From assembly GCA_963662265.2 (NCBI GenBank), contig CAXXHA010000035.1:184062-248061 (forward strand): a DNA stretch of 64,000 bases, read 5' to 3'. The notes under the pieces were generated by a model. It searched no databases, had not been told where the DNA came from, and saw nothing but the letters and a program-made list of their open reading frames with translations. The stretch is from Spirochaetia bacterium. Lineage in GTDB: Bacteria; Spirochaetota; Spirochaetia; CADAEX01. The translations under genes were made by a program, and so were the position numbers. Below, one piece after another: positions 8,836 through 18,553 of the stretch (its first letter is position 1; each line of letters begins with the position of its first letter).

Positions 8836-9987
8836 TTAATATTTAACAGGAATAGCAACACCTGACTCTTTAAGAGCATTTTCGAGTACTTTGAAAGCAT
8901 CTCTGATATCTTCAGCTTTGAGAGCTCCAAGGTTACAGATTCTGAATGTTTCGAGGTCTGCAATTTTACCAGGATAGATTGTTACGCCGTTTTCAAACAG
9001 ATAATCGTGGATTTTTGAAAAATCAAAGTTAGGATCATTAGGATACATGAGTCCAACAACAAGTTTAGTCTGTTTTTCTTCAGGAAGAATTCCTTTGAAA
9101 CCAAGTCTTGTCATTTCTTCGTTGATTACTTTCCATCCGTCCATCAGTCTTTCGTATTTAGGCATTTCACCTTCAGCAAAATGTTCTTTGATTGCCTGCT
9201 CAAGTGAGTAGATAATCTGTACAGGAGGTGTGAAGTTCATCTGACCGTTCTTTTCAAAGAAATCATACTGTCTGTAAAGGTTTGTGTAGTATGATCTTTT
9301 TGGGTAGTCTTTTGATTTTTCGATTTCTGCTCTTTTACCGATGAGGTATGAAACGCCTGTGAAAGCATTCATTCCTTTCTGTGATGAAGCCATGCAGAAG
9401 TCAATGTTGTCTTTTTCTATATCGATAGGAAGAAGACCGTAAGTTGAAGTTGTATCTGTTACGAAAATTGAGTTGTATTTGTGAGCAAGAGCTCCAACTT
9501 CTCTGATTGGGTTCTTGATTCCTGTCCCAGTTTCCTGGTGAACCATGTATACAACAGCGATTTCAGAATCGTTTTTAAGAGCTTCTTCAACTTTTGCAAG
9601 ATCAGGAAGTTCTGTTACTCCGAACTGAAGGTTAACTGTTTCGATTCCGTAGTATTCACATGCTTCTGCAGCTCTTGCATTGTAAAAACCGTTGTTTACA
9701 ATAAGAACTTTTTTATTAGCTGGAACAAGTGATCCGAGGGCTACATCGATATTTATTGTTCCTGAACCTGCAAAAAGAACAGCTACGTGATCTTTTGTAT
9801 TTCCATGAACAACTTTTACAAGGTCCTCACAAACTTTTCTTGCAATAACTGCAAATTCTTCTTCTCTGTGGCAGATATCGCCCTGGATGAGAGATGCTTT
9901 AACAGTTTCAGTAGTTGTAGATGGACCCGGGTTTAATAATATGTTTCTTTTAACAGTTTTATTAACTGTCTGTTCCTTAAGTACCAT
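8836..9987 (-). CDS. phnW: 2-aminoethylphosphonate aminotransferase (PhnW/AepZ family, class V PLP)
   Basis: KRNILLNPGPSTTTETVK, GSGT, VHQETGTGIKNP, SSQK (PLP Lys), QMNFTPPVQ, TIYPGKI..TFRICNLG; strong RBS AGGAGG. Confidence 0.8.
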   Translation of the reverse strand: MVLKEQTVNKTVKRNILLNPGPSTTTETVKASLIQGDICHREEEFAVIARKVCEDLVKVVHGNTKDHVAVLFAGSGTINIDVALGSLVPANKKVLIVNNGFYNARAAEACEYYGIETVNLQFGVTELPDLAKVEEALKNDSEIAVVYMVHQETGTGIKNPIREVGALAHKYNSIFVTDTTSTYGLLPIDIEKDNIDFCMASSQKGMNAFTGVSYLIGKRAEIEKSKDYPKRSYYTNLYRQYDFFEKNGQMNFTPPVQIIYSLEQAIKEHFAEGEMPKYERLMDGWKVINEEMTRLGFKGILPEEKQTKLVVGLMYPNDPNFDFSKIHDYLFENGVTIYPGKIADLETFRICNLGALKAEDIRDAFKVLENALKESGVAIPVKY

Positions 9988-10266
9988 GGCTGGTTACTCC
10001 TCCTTCAAAAAAAACTATATCAAGTATTTTAATCGTATTCTAACATTTAAAGAATATTAGTCAATGCTGATGGATGAAATCCGGTAAAATATTCAGCTCT
10101 TTTTTATCTATATATTATAAAACATAACCAATTGTAATAAAAATCATGAGAAATAGTCTTATTTAGGGGAATTCGGTAAATACACACCTTGATTAAAAGT
10201 TATAAAAAAATAAAATAATATTAGTTGGACAGCATAAATGTGGAGATATTGGATATATTAAAATAA

Positions 10267-10322
10267 TGTAAAAAATTTGTTAAAATTTTCCTTGACAGAA
10301 TTCACTATCAACAGGTTAAAAT
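10267..10322 (+). promoter_or_regulatory. Promoter of the TAXI receptor with upstream TGT(A/T)AA half-sites
   Basis: TGTAAA 10267 and TGTTAA 10278 (11-bp period), TTGACA 10292-10297, TAAAAT 10317-10322 (19-bp spacer). Confidence 0.4.
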
Positions 10323-10384
10323 AGATATATAAAGTAATTTCTTTATAGAGGGGTGTTGCCCTTTGAAAATTTGAGGAGGAAATA

Positions 10385-11362
10385 ATGAAAAGAAGTCTTT
10401 TGTTGATTCTTTGTATTCTTGTTCTCGGTTCTTTTGTTTTTGCTGAAGGCCAGGGAGAAGGATCAGGCAAAACTAAAAAACACGCAATCATGGGATCATC
10501 AAGCTTAGGAGGAAGCTGGTACCCAACTGCTTCAAGAATTGCTGGTGTAACTATGAAATACACAGATTCTGTTGTAACTGTACAGTCATCAGGTGGTGGT
10601 ACAGAAAATATCAGACTTATGAAACAGGGTCAGTACCAGATGGGTATGGCTGAATCTAACATAATGGTTTATGGATACCAGGGAATCAGAGATTTTGACG
10701 GCGATCCCTACCCAGAACTTACATTTGTAACTCAGCTTTATCCCCTTATTTTCCAGGCTCTTGTAGCAAAAAGCACAGGCTGGACTACACTTGCAGACCT
10801 TAAAGGTAAATCATTTTCACCAGGTTCACCAGGATCAGGTGATGTTGCAGCATGGGAAGAAGTTTTTGACGGCGGTTTTAACATGCAGCCTGAAGACCTT
10901 ATCTGGAAACCACTTTCACATAATGAAAGATCAATGGCTTTCAAAGACAGAGTTCTTGATTCAGTAGGTTATGAAACAGCTTGCCCTGCAGGTTCAATTC
11001 TTGAAGCTACAGCTCAGAACCCAGGAACTATTCTTTCAATCGGTGGAAAAAACAGAGATCAGCTTATTGCTAAATATTCATGGTATGACCCATGGGTAAT
11101 TCCTGCTGGAACATACAATGGTCAGGACGAAGATGTTCAGACTATTATCCAGGGTGGTGGAATCATTGCTGATGCTAATGTAAGTGAAGAACTTATTTAC
11201 GACTATGTAAGCGCTATGTACGGACCTGGCCTCGAAGCAGTTCAGTCAGTTCATGCTAACGCTCATTACATTACACTTGACACAGCATGTGACGGTAGAG
11301 GACCTGTTCCAATACATGCAGGTGCTGCAAAATTCTACAAAGAAAAAGGTGTTTACAAATAA
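10385..11362 (+). CDS. TAXI family TRAP transporter solute receptor (paralog 1)
   Basis: Signal peptide; GGSWYP, SSGGGTENIRL, GSPGSG, IPAGTYNGQ, PIHAGAAKFYKEKG. Confidence 0.92.
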   Translation: MKRSLLLILCILVLGSFVFAEGQGEGSGKTKKHAIMGSSSLGGSWYPTASRIAGVTMKYTDSVVTVQSSGGGTENIRLMKQGQYQMGMAESNIMVYGYQGIRDFDGDPYPELTFVTQLYPLIFQALVAKSTGWTTLADLKGKSFSPGSPGSGDVAAWEEVFDGGFNMQPEDLIWKPLSHNERSMAFKDRVLDSVGYETACPAGSILEATAQNPGTILSIGGKNRDQLIAKYSWYDPWVIPAGTYNGQDEDVQTIIQGGGIIADANVSEELIYDYVSAMYGPGLEAVQSVHANAHYITLDTACDGRGPVPIHAGAAKFYKEKGVYK

Positions 11363-11380
11363 GATTTGTGGGATTTATAT

Positions 11381-11409
11381 GAAGCCGGATATTTATCCGG
11401 CTTCTTTTT
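11381..11409 (+). terminator. Terminator/stem-loop after the TAXI receptor
   Basis: GAAGCCGGATA-tt-TATCCGGCTTC-TTTTT. Confidence 0.75.
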
Positions 11410-11902
11410 CTGTATATATTGACTGTTTTTTGTTAAAAGGTATAAAAAGCCGGCAACATATCGACAGAAAAACCATTCGTATTTAAAAAACCTGGCAGAA
11501 TATCTCTGCAATTTATAGAAAAAATATTTTTTTGATTAGGTTTATACTTCCGGAATTGGAGGCTGGGAGATTCTATAAACTCTGTTTGCATTAAAATGTA
11601 CTTTTATAAAATGGCAAAAAGTGCAGATGAAAAGCATTCAGAAAATATTTCTTATACCGAATAGTATGGGGAATAGCTGATAGAGGAATTTAATACGGCA
11701 AAATTCCTGTATCACAAAAATCTGATATTACTTCAGGTAGGTATTCTGCCTCGCAGAATGCCAGTCTCATGCAGAAATAAATATACTACTTGTAAAAGTT
11801 TCTGTGAATGAGGCACTTGTCCCGCCAGGGGCATCTGTCCCGTATCGGGGCAGAAAAACCCTGTTTCAGGGTAAAAAACTCATATAGAAGGAAAGAAGAT
11901 TA

Positions 11903-14107
11903 ATGAGTGACGATTTGATGAGTAACCTCGATTACTCGAAAATGACAGAGGCGGAAATTGCTGAAGCAAAAGCAATTGAAGCCAGAGCTAAAGAGCTTGA
12001 AAAAGCTACTTCAGGCCACAGGGAGTGGAATAAGACCGGTCTTTTGGTAATTTCAGCAATTGCTATTGTTTACGGCTTGTTTCACATGTACACAGGTTTT
12101 GCTGGAATGTTCACTGCTCTCAGGCAGAGATCAATCCACCTTAGTTTTGCGCTTGTAATTTGTCTTATCAAATTTTCTGCAAACAGAAACAAAGATGAAA
12201 AGTCTGAACCAGTTATTCCTTACATCTTACTTGGTGTAGGTGCATGGACATCTGTTATTCTGACACTTCAGAGTAAAAAGATGCTTTCTTATGGTGCTGT
12301 AATAGGCGCTCTTGTTGTAATAGCTGCTATACTTTTTGTAGCAAGAATATTCACAAAGAAAGCAAGAGTGAAAGCTGGTGTTCAGGTTGAAAAGAAAATG
12401 GTCTGGTATGACTTTGTATTTATAACATTTGCACTTGTAGGATGTTACTATATTGCAATAAATACTGATGCAATTCTTGAAAGAGCTGGTATTGTATACT
12501 TAAAAGACCAGATTATCGGTGTGCTGCTTCTTCTTACCGTACTTGAAGCAACAAGACGATCAATCGGACATGTTCTCATGTTTATCGGTATTGTAATGCT
12601 TTTCTACTGTAGATTCGGATATGTATTTCCAGGCGTTTTCTGGCATCCAGGATTCCCTGTCAGCATGATAATCAGACACTTTATTCTTATCGACTCAGGT
12701 CTCTGGTCAACACCTCTCGGTGTATCTTCAAGTTATATATCACTGTTCCTTCTCTTAGGTGCAGCTCTTCATGCAACAGGTCTTGCAGAGCTTCTTCTTA
12801 AGATTGCGAAAGGTATCTTTGGTGCGATGGTTGGTGGACCTGCTAAGATGGCAGTTGTTGCATCATCAATGTTTGCTATGATCTCAGGATCTTCAACTTC
12901 AAACGTAGCAACAACAGGTATTATCACTATTCCTCTTATGAAGAAAACTGGTATTCCTCCACAGCTTGCAGGATCAATCGAAGCAGCAGCTTCTATGGGT
13001 GGACAGATTACTCCTCCTGTAATGGGTGCTGTAGCATTCATCATGGCAGAGTTCCTCGGTATCAGTTATGTAACTGTTATTGCAGCAGCAGCTCTTCCTG
13101 CAGCTCTTTACTACACAGCTGTATTTACAATGATTCACTTTGAATCACATAAAATCGGTGCTTATGGACTCAAGAAATCAGAACTTCCTGAATGGAAGGG
13201 TGATGCTCTTAGAAAAGGATATCTTTTCCTTCCTGTAATTGTACTTGTATACATGCTCTGTACTGGTTACACACCAATGAGAGCTTCATTCAACTCATTC
13301 TGGATTGCAATCGCATTAAGTATGTTCAGAAAAGAAACAAGACTTACTCCTAAGAAGTTCTTAAATGTTATTGATTCAGCAGGTCAGACTCTTACAGTAG
13401 TTGCTATCCCATCAGCTATCGCTGGTTTCGTAGTAGGTACTGCAACTCTTACAGGTCTTACTCCTGCTCTCTCATCATTCCTTGCAATGATTGCTCAGGA
13501 TAAACTTATCCTTACACTTATCATTACACAGGTTATGTGTCTTGTACTTGGTATGGGTGTACCAACAGTAGCTAACTATATCCTCATGACTATCATGACA
13601 GTTCCTGTAATGATCAGAGCCGGTGTTCCGCCACTTGCAGCACACCTTTTCTGTTTCCACTTCGGAATCATGTCAGAGCTTACACCTCCAGTAGCTATTA
13701 CTTCTTACACAGCTTCTGCTATTGCAGGCGCGCCGTTCTGGCCGACAGCTGGTAACGCTGTAAGACTTGCAGCTGTTGCATACATCGTACCTTACATCTT
13801 TGTATACAACACATCACTGCTTCTCGGAATGGAGCCGTTTACAGGTGGAACATTAGTAACTATAGTGATGGCGCTCCTTGGTGCGGTAACATTCGGAACA
13901 GCTATGGCTGGATTTATAAAGAGGCGAATGTATCTCATAGAACAGATTATACTGGCTGTTGCAGCTATTGCGATTATTGTACCGCGAGCACTTCCCAGAC
14001 TTGCAGGTATTTTAATTATCGGCGGTATTATTACAATGCAGTTTATCTATAAGAAAAATCCTAAGAACTACAAGGTTCCTGATAAGAAACCTGCTTATGA
14101 TGCATAA
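11903..14107 (+). CDS. TRAP transporter fused permease (4TM/12TM DctQM, TAXI-associated)
   Basis: LEATRR, GGPAKMAVVASSMFAMISGSSTSNV, EAAASMGGQITPPVMGAVAFIMAE, LGMGVPTVANY, ELTPPVA. Confidence 0.93.
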   Translation: MSDDLMSNLDYSKMTEAEIAEAKAIEARAKELEKATSGHREWNKTGLLVISAIAIVYGLFHMYTGFAGMFTALRQRSIHLSFALVICLIKFSANRNKDEKSEPVIPYILLGVGAWTSVILTLQSKKMLSYGAVIGALVVIAAILFVARIFTKKARVKAGVQVEKKMVWYDFVFITFALVGCYYIAINTDAILERAGIVYLKDQIIGVLLLLTVLEATRRSIGHVLMFIGIVMLFYCRFGYVFPGVFWHPGFPVSMIIRHFILIDSGLWSTPLGVSSSYISLFLLLGAALHATGLAELLLKIAKGIFGAMVGGPAKMAVVASSMFAMISGSSTSNVATTGIITIPLMKKTGIPPQLAGSIEAAASMGGQITPPVMGAVAFIMAEFLGISYVTVIAAAALPAALYYTAVFTMIHFESHKIGAYGLKKSELPEWKGDALRKGYLFLPVIVLVYMLCTGYTPMRASFNSFWIAIALSMFRKETRLTPKKFLNVIDSAGQTLTVVAIPSAIAGFVVGTATLTGLTPALSSFLAMIAQDKLILTLIITQVMCLVLGMGVPTVANYILMTIMTVPVMIRAGVPPLAAHLFCFHFGIMSELTPPVAITSYTASAIAGAPFWPTAGNAVRLAAVAYIVPYIFVYNTSLLLGMEPFTGGTLVTIVMALLGAVTFGTAMAGFIKRRMYLIEQIILAVAAIAIIVPRALPRLAGILIIGGIITMQFIYKKNPKNYKVPDKKPAYDA

Positions 14108-14132
14108 GTAATAAATCTTAAAGGATTTTATG

Positions 14133-14166
14133 GCCCGGATACGGTATGCGTATCCGGGTTTTTTTA
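14133..14166 (+). terminator. Rho-independent terminator
   Basis: GCCCGGATACG-gtatg-CGTATCCGGGT followed by a T run. Confidence 0.8.
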
Positions 14167-14410
14167 TGCATTACCAGTCAAATGAAACCGGTTATCTGAA
14201 CTGATAAGAATTATTTTATATTTTAATTGCTGAGTTATGGATTGGCTTTTATAACCCTCCGGAAATTACTGATGCTAACTTGCAATAGCTTCTTTCAGTG
14301 GAAATAATTTATTTGCTGGATGACAGTAAAATGAAAAAAGACGGACATAAAGTCCGCCTTTGAAATATAAACTGGTTGTATGATTTTTTATAAAGTTTTT
14401 AGATTTCTTT

Positions 14411-15184
14411 TTATCCGGAAATCCTTCCCTTCATATACTCAACACCGTTTTTGAAGATCCTTAAGCCGTATCCCTCTTTTATTTCCTTTCTTGTCCACTG
14501 CGGGTGGTTTTCCGGGAAGAGGAAAGCTTCGGGGTGAGGCATGAGCCCCAGTATTCTTCCGGTTGAGTCTGTGATACCTGCTATATCATTTTCAGAGCCG
14601 TTGGGGTTCCTGTCAGAGTATCTGATTGCTGCAAGGTTTTCTCTCTCAAGCCTGTCGAGTACTTCTTCAGACTTTGTAATAAATCTTCCTTCACCATGTC
14701 TGATCGGGACATCCATTTTATCGAGTCCCTTTGTCCATATGCAGTCAGATTTCTCATTGAAAGCTATTTCCAGCCAGCTGTTTTCAAATACACCGGTGTT
14801 ATTGTGAATAAGCGATACATCGCAGCTCCAGTTACCTTCGAAGTTCGGAAGTACACCCATCTTCACAAGTACCTGAAACCCGTTGCATATGCCGATTATA
14901 AGCTTTCCGTCAGCTATAAACCTGTCAAGTTCCTCTTTAAGGTGATGCTTGAAGAGGTGTGCAAATACCAGGCCTGAGCCCAGGTGGTCCCCGAATGAGA
15001 AGCCTCCGGGAAATGCGAGTATATGATAATTTCTTAAGCTTTCAGGTTTTTCAATAATATCCTTGATGTGGATTTTTTCAGCTTCCGATCCGGAAAGGAT
15101 AAAAGCCTGTTTAAGCTCATTATCTGCATTGATACCGTAACCGGTAATGACTGCTGTTTTTACTGCATTGTTTCTGTCTGCCAT
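14411..15184 (-). CDS. purQ: FGAM synthase glutaminase subunit
   Basis: PGGFSFGDHLG, IGICNGFQVL, HGEGR, LMPHPE. Confidence 0.95.
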   Translation of the reverse strand: MADRNNAVKTAVITGYGINADNELKQAFILSGSEAEKIHIKDIIEKPESLRNYHILAFPGGFSFGDHLGSGLVFAHLFKHHLKEELDRFIADGKLIIGICNGFQVLVKMGVLPNFEGNWSCDVSLIHNNTGVFENSWLEIAFNEKSDCIWTKGLDKMDVPIRHGEGRFITKSEEVLDRLERENLAAIRYSDRNPNGSENDIAGITDSTGRILGLMPHPEAFLFPENHPQWTRKEIKEGYGLRIFKNGVEYMKGRISG

Positions 15185-18156
15185 TAGAAGTCCTCCCTTT
15201 TCCAGGAACTGCTTATAGCATCAATTGAAGTTTCAATTACAGCTGTATCATTTTTCCTGATTACCATTTTTTCTGTATCTGTGGTTTTCCCGATAATTTT
15301 GCAGGGTGAGCCTTCCATTATTCTCTCAAAATCTGATGATTTTTCTTCCGATACACTTACAATAAACCTTGAAGGAGATTCGCAGAAGAGAAGCCTTGCT
15401 GTCTCATCCGGAGAATTACCAGGCAGTTTGTCAATTGATATATCTGACCCTGTCATGCCGCCAAGTGTGCTTTCTGCAAGTGCCACTGCAAGGCCTCCGT
15501 CAGAAAGGTCGTGGCAGGAAGCGATGAGTCCCTTCTGAATTGCTTCTGACAGACGTGTGTATGTCGAAAGAGCAGTTTCTGTATCTACAGAAGGAGCTGA
15601 ACCGTAATATCCTCTTGAAAGCTTTTCAAAATATGTTCCGCCAAGTTCACCGTTAGTGTTTCCCAGGATGTAGATCCTGTCGCCCGGTTTCTTGAAGTCA
15701 GTTGTTACTGCCTTCTTTGTGTCATTAATTATTCCCATCAGTGAAACAAGAAGGGTTGGTCGTATTGAAACTTTCCGTCCGCCCATTCTTGCATCATTTT
15801 TCATTGAATCCTTTCCTGAAATAAGGGGCAGCCCGTATTCGATGCATGCCCTGTTAAGGCCCTTGCATGCTCTGACAAGCTGCGCAAGTTTGTATTTACC
15901 GTCAGGTGTGGTTTCTGATTCAACAGGATCAGGCCAGCAGAAGTTATCAAGAACTGCCGCAAATTCAGGATTTCCGCCAGATCCTATGTGTGCCCTGTAT
16001 GCTTCATCAACCGCGCACATTGCCATGTCGTATGTATCCTTGTCGCTGTAACGTGGGCATACACCATGAGTTACAGTAACTCCTCTTTCAGATTCATAAA
16101 CCGGCCTCAGAACAGCTCCGTCTGAAGGAGCGTCCGAGTTGACGCCTGTGAAGGGTTTTACAACTGAAACACCTCCAACTTCATGGTCATACTGCCTTAC
16201 AAGAGATTCCTTTGAAGCAATATTTGGTTCATTGAGAAGGTCATGAAGCATTTTATTGTTGTCTATATTCTCTTTTACAGGATCTGCACCTGCAAAAGGT
16301 CTTTTCCATTCAGCTTCGAGTTCCATTGCAGGAAGGCCGTTATGGAGGAATTCTATTGAGAGATAGCAGGCAGGTTTATTATCATATCTGATATCAAGGT
16401 ATCCAGTATCCTGGAATTCCCCGACAGTTGTCGCTTCAACATCCCTCTTCTCTGCCAGAGCAAGAAAGGCATCGAGTTTTTCCGGTTTGACAGCGAGACT
16501 CATCCTTTCCTGTGATTCAGAAACAAGAATCTCCCATGGCGCGAGTCCTTCATATTTAAGGGGGCACTTTTCAAGATCAAGCCTGATCCCGTTTGAATGT
16601 TCAGCCATTTCTCCGAGTGATGATGAAAGTCCTCCAGCCCCGTTATCTGTTAAACCGTTATAAAGACCTTTATCCCTTGCTTCAAGGAGAAAGTCTGCCA
16701 TTTTTTTCTGTGTTATCGGGTCCCCGATCTGTACTGCAGAGGTTGGTGAGTCTTCATCAAGTGCCTGGGAAGAGAATGTTGCACCGTGAATACCGTCCTT
16801 CCCGATTCTTCCTCCAAGCATGACTGCATAATCACCAGGTTCAACATGAGCTATCCAGCTCCCCTCATTATCTATTTCAGCAGGGAGTACACCTCCTGTT
16901 CCGCAGAATACGAGTGGTTTTCCAGTAAAGCTGTCGTCAAAAAGGAACCCTCCTGCTACTGTCGGAATACCTGACTGGTTGCCTCCGTCAATAATTCCGT
17001 GATGAACGCCCCTCAAAACTGTTTTAGGATGAAGAAGGCCTTCAGGAATTTGCGCTTCTGGTGTTTCAGGTTCTCCGAAACAGAGGAAGTTTGTATTGAA
17101 GAATGGTTTTGCACCTTTTCCGGTTCCCATTATGTCTCTGTTTACACCTACAATGCCTGTAATTGATCCTCCGTAGGGATCAAGAGCAGAAGGTGAATTA
17201 TGTGTTTCCACTTTGAAGCAAACCAGGTGTTTATCGTCAAAATCAATTACTCCTGAATCATCATGAAATACAGACCTCAGGAATTTTCTTTTTTCTGACA
17301 GATCATCTGTGGTTTTCTTGATGTAGTTTTTAAAGACTGATTCAATTCTTTCAGACTGCCCTGTTTCCAGGTCCTTGTAGTTGATGTTTGCCGCGAATAT
17401 TTTATGCTTGCAGTGCTCGCTCCATGTCTGGGCAATCATTTCAAGCTCAACATCTGTAGCATCTGATGTAATTCCCAGTTCTTCCCTTTTCTTGAGTGTT
17501 TCAGAGTCTGTAAAGTATTTTTTTAAAGACTGCATCTCATCAAGAGTGAGGGCAAGGAGTCTTTCCTTTGAAATTTTCAGAAGTTCTTCATCAGAAGCAT
17601 TCCTAATATCAATGTTTTCTACAGTTACTTCGCTTTTTACAACTTTGTAGGGGTACAGCGGGGGAAGAGTCTTTTCTCCCCATTCTCTTCGTTCGATGAA
17701 GCGGGACTGCTGGATAAGAGGGTTGTAAAAGGCTTTTTCCAGTTTCTTAAGTGTTCCACTGTCAAGTTCCGGCGACTTTATCAGGTACTGGACCGCAGTC
17801 TGGATAACAGCATCTCTTCCTGTCTTGAGGGAGAGTGTCTCCTCAATAGTATTCCGAGCAGTGATAGCAACCGGATTTGTAACTCCTGGTCTGTATGTTA
17901 CTTCAATAAGATATTTCCAGTCAGGCATCAGAGAAGAATCTGCAGCAGATGTATCTGTTGCTGCCTCTTGAGCAACCGGATCTGAAAAAAGTTCTTTTGA
18001 CAGGTCTGGAGTAAGTTCCGCTATACCTTCTGTGAGGTATACATCCACCATTGCAAGGTTCTCAACAGCGTCGGTAACCGTGCTTCTGATAAGCGACAGA
18101 AGGCGTTTAGCCCGGCCGTCTATTTCCGAATTTTTATAGAATACTTCTGTTCTCAT
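15184..18156 (-). CDS. purL: FGAM synthase PurL with N-terminal PurS-like extension
   Basis: QTWSEHCKHKIF, KVETHNSPS, DGIHGATFSS, DNGAGGLSS, SESQERM, ISGKDS, HDLSDGGL; 990 aa. Confidence 0.95.
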   Translation of the reverse strand: MRTEVFYKNSEIDGRAKRLLSLIRSTVTDAVENLAMVDVYLTEGIAELTPDLSKELFSDPVAQEAATDTSAADSSLMPDWKYLIEVTYRPGVTNPVAITARNTIEETLSLKTGRDAVIQTAVQYLIKSPELDSGTLKKLEKAFYNPLIQQSRFIERREWGEKTLPPLYPYKVVKSEVTVENIDIRNASDEELLKISKERLLALTLDEMQSLKKYFTDSETLKKREELGITSDATDVELEMIAQTWSEHCKHKIFAANINYKDLETGQSERIESVFKNYIKKTTDDLSEKRKFLRSVFHDDSGVIDFDDKHLVCFKVETHNSPSALDPYGGSITGIVGVNRDIMGTGKGAKPFFNTNFLCFGEPETPEAQIPEGLLHPKTVLRGVHHGIIDGGNQSGIPTVAGGFLFDDSFTGKPLVFCGTGGVLPAEIDNEGSWIAHVEPGDYAVMLGGRIGKDGIHGATFSSQALDEDSPTSAVQIGDPITQKKMADFLLEARDKGLYNGLTDNGAGGLSSSLGEMAEHSNGIRLDLEKCPLKYEGLAPWEILVSESQERMSLAVKPEKLDAFLALAEKRDVEATTVGEFQDTGYLDIRYDNKPACYLSIEFLHNGLPAMELEAEWKRPFAGADPVKENIDNNKMLHDLLNEPNIASKESLVRQYDHEVGGVSVVKPFTGVNSDAPSDGAVLRPVYESERGVTVTHGVCPRYSDKDTYDMAMCAVDEAYRAHIGSGGNPEFAAVLDNFCWPDPVESETTPDGKYKLAQLVRACKGLNRACIEYGLPLISGKDSMKNDARMGGRKVSIRPTLLVSLMGIINDTKKAVTTDFKKPGDRIYILGNTNGELGGTYFEKLSRGYYGSAPSVDTETALSTYTRLSEAIQKGLIASCHDLSDGGLAVALAESTLGGMTGSDISIDKLPGNSPDETARLLFCESPSRFIVSVSEEKSSDFERIMEGSPCKIIGKTTDTEKMVIRKNDTAVIETSIDAISSSWKREDF

Positions 18157-18476
18157 AATTGCCTGTGAATTTATCAGAAAAGCCTCTTATGCTCAATATT
18201 CTGTAATAAGCACTTTTGAATAAATCCAGTAAATACAGAGAGATGCAGCATTATCAGGCAGAAAATCATGCTGCTGAATGATTACAGGGTAAGTATTTGC
18301 TTTTTTACAGTCTGTAAAGTGCTGATTGTTATAAGGTGAAAAGGGGACGGAGGATTTTTCTTTGAGGATTTCTTTTTCCGAATTGTCATCGAATATGTTT
18401 TATTGAAGTGAAAGAGCTTTCCTTTCCTGGAATCATTCACAGGTATGGATATCTCTTCAGGGAAGGCGTTCTATTT

Positions 18477-18516
18477 AAAAAAAAGCCTGACTGCCGGGTA
18501 TGACAGACAGGCTTTT
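18477..18516 (-). terminator. Terminator of lysA
   Basis: A run + GCCTGaCTGcC-gggta-tGaCAGaCAGGC hairpin. Confidence 0.55.
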
Positions 18517-18553
18517 ATAATAAATTTATCAGTGTATATATTGCTTTGATATT

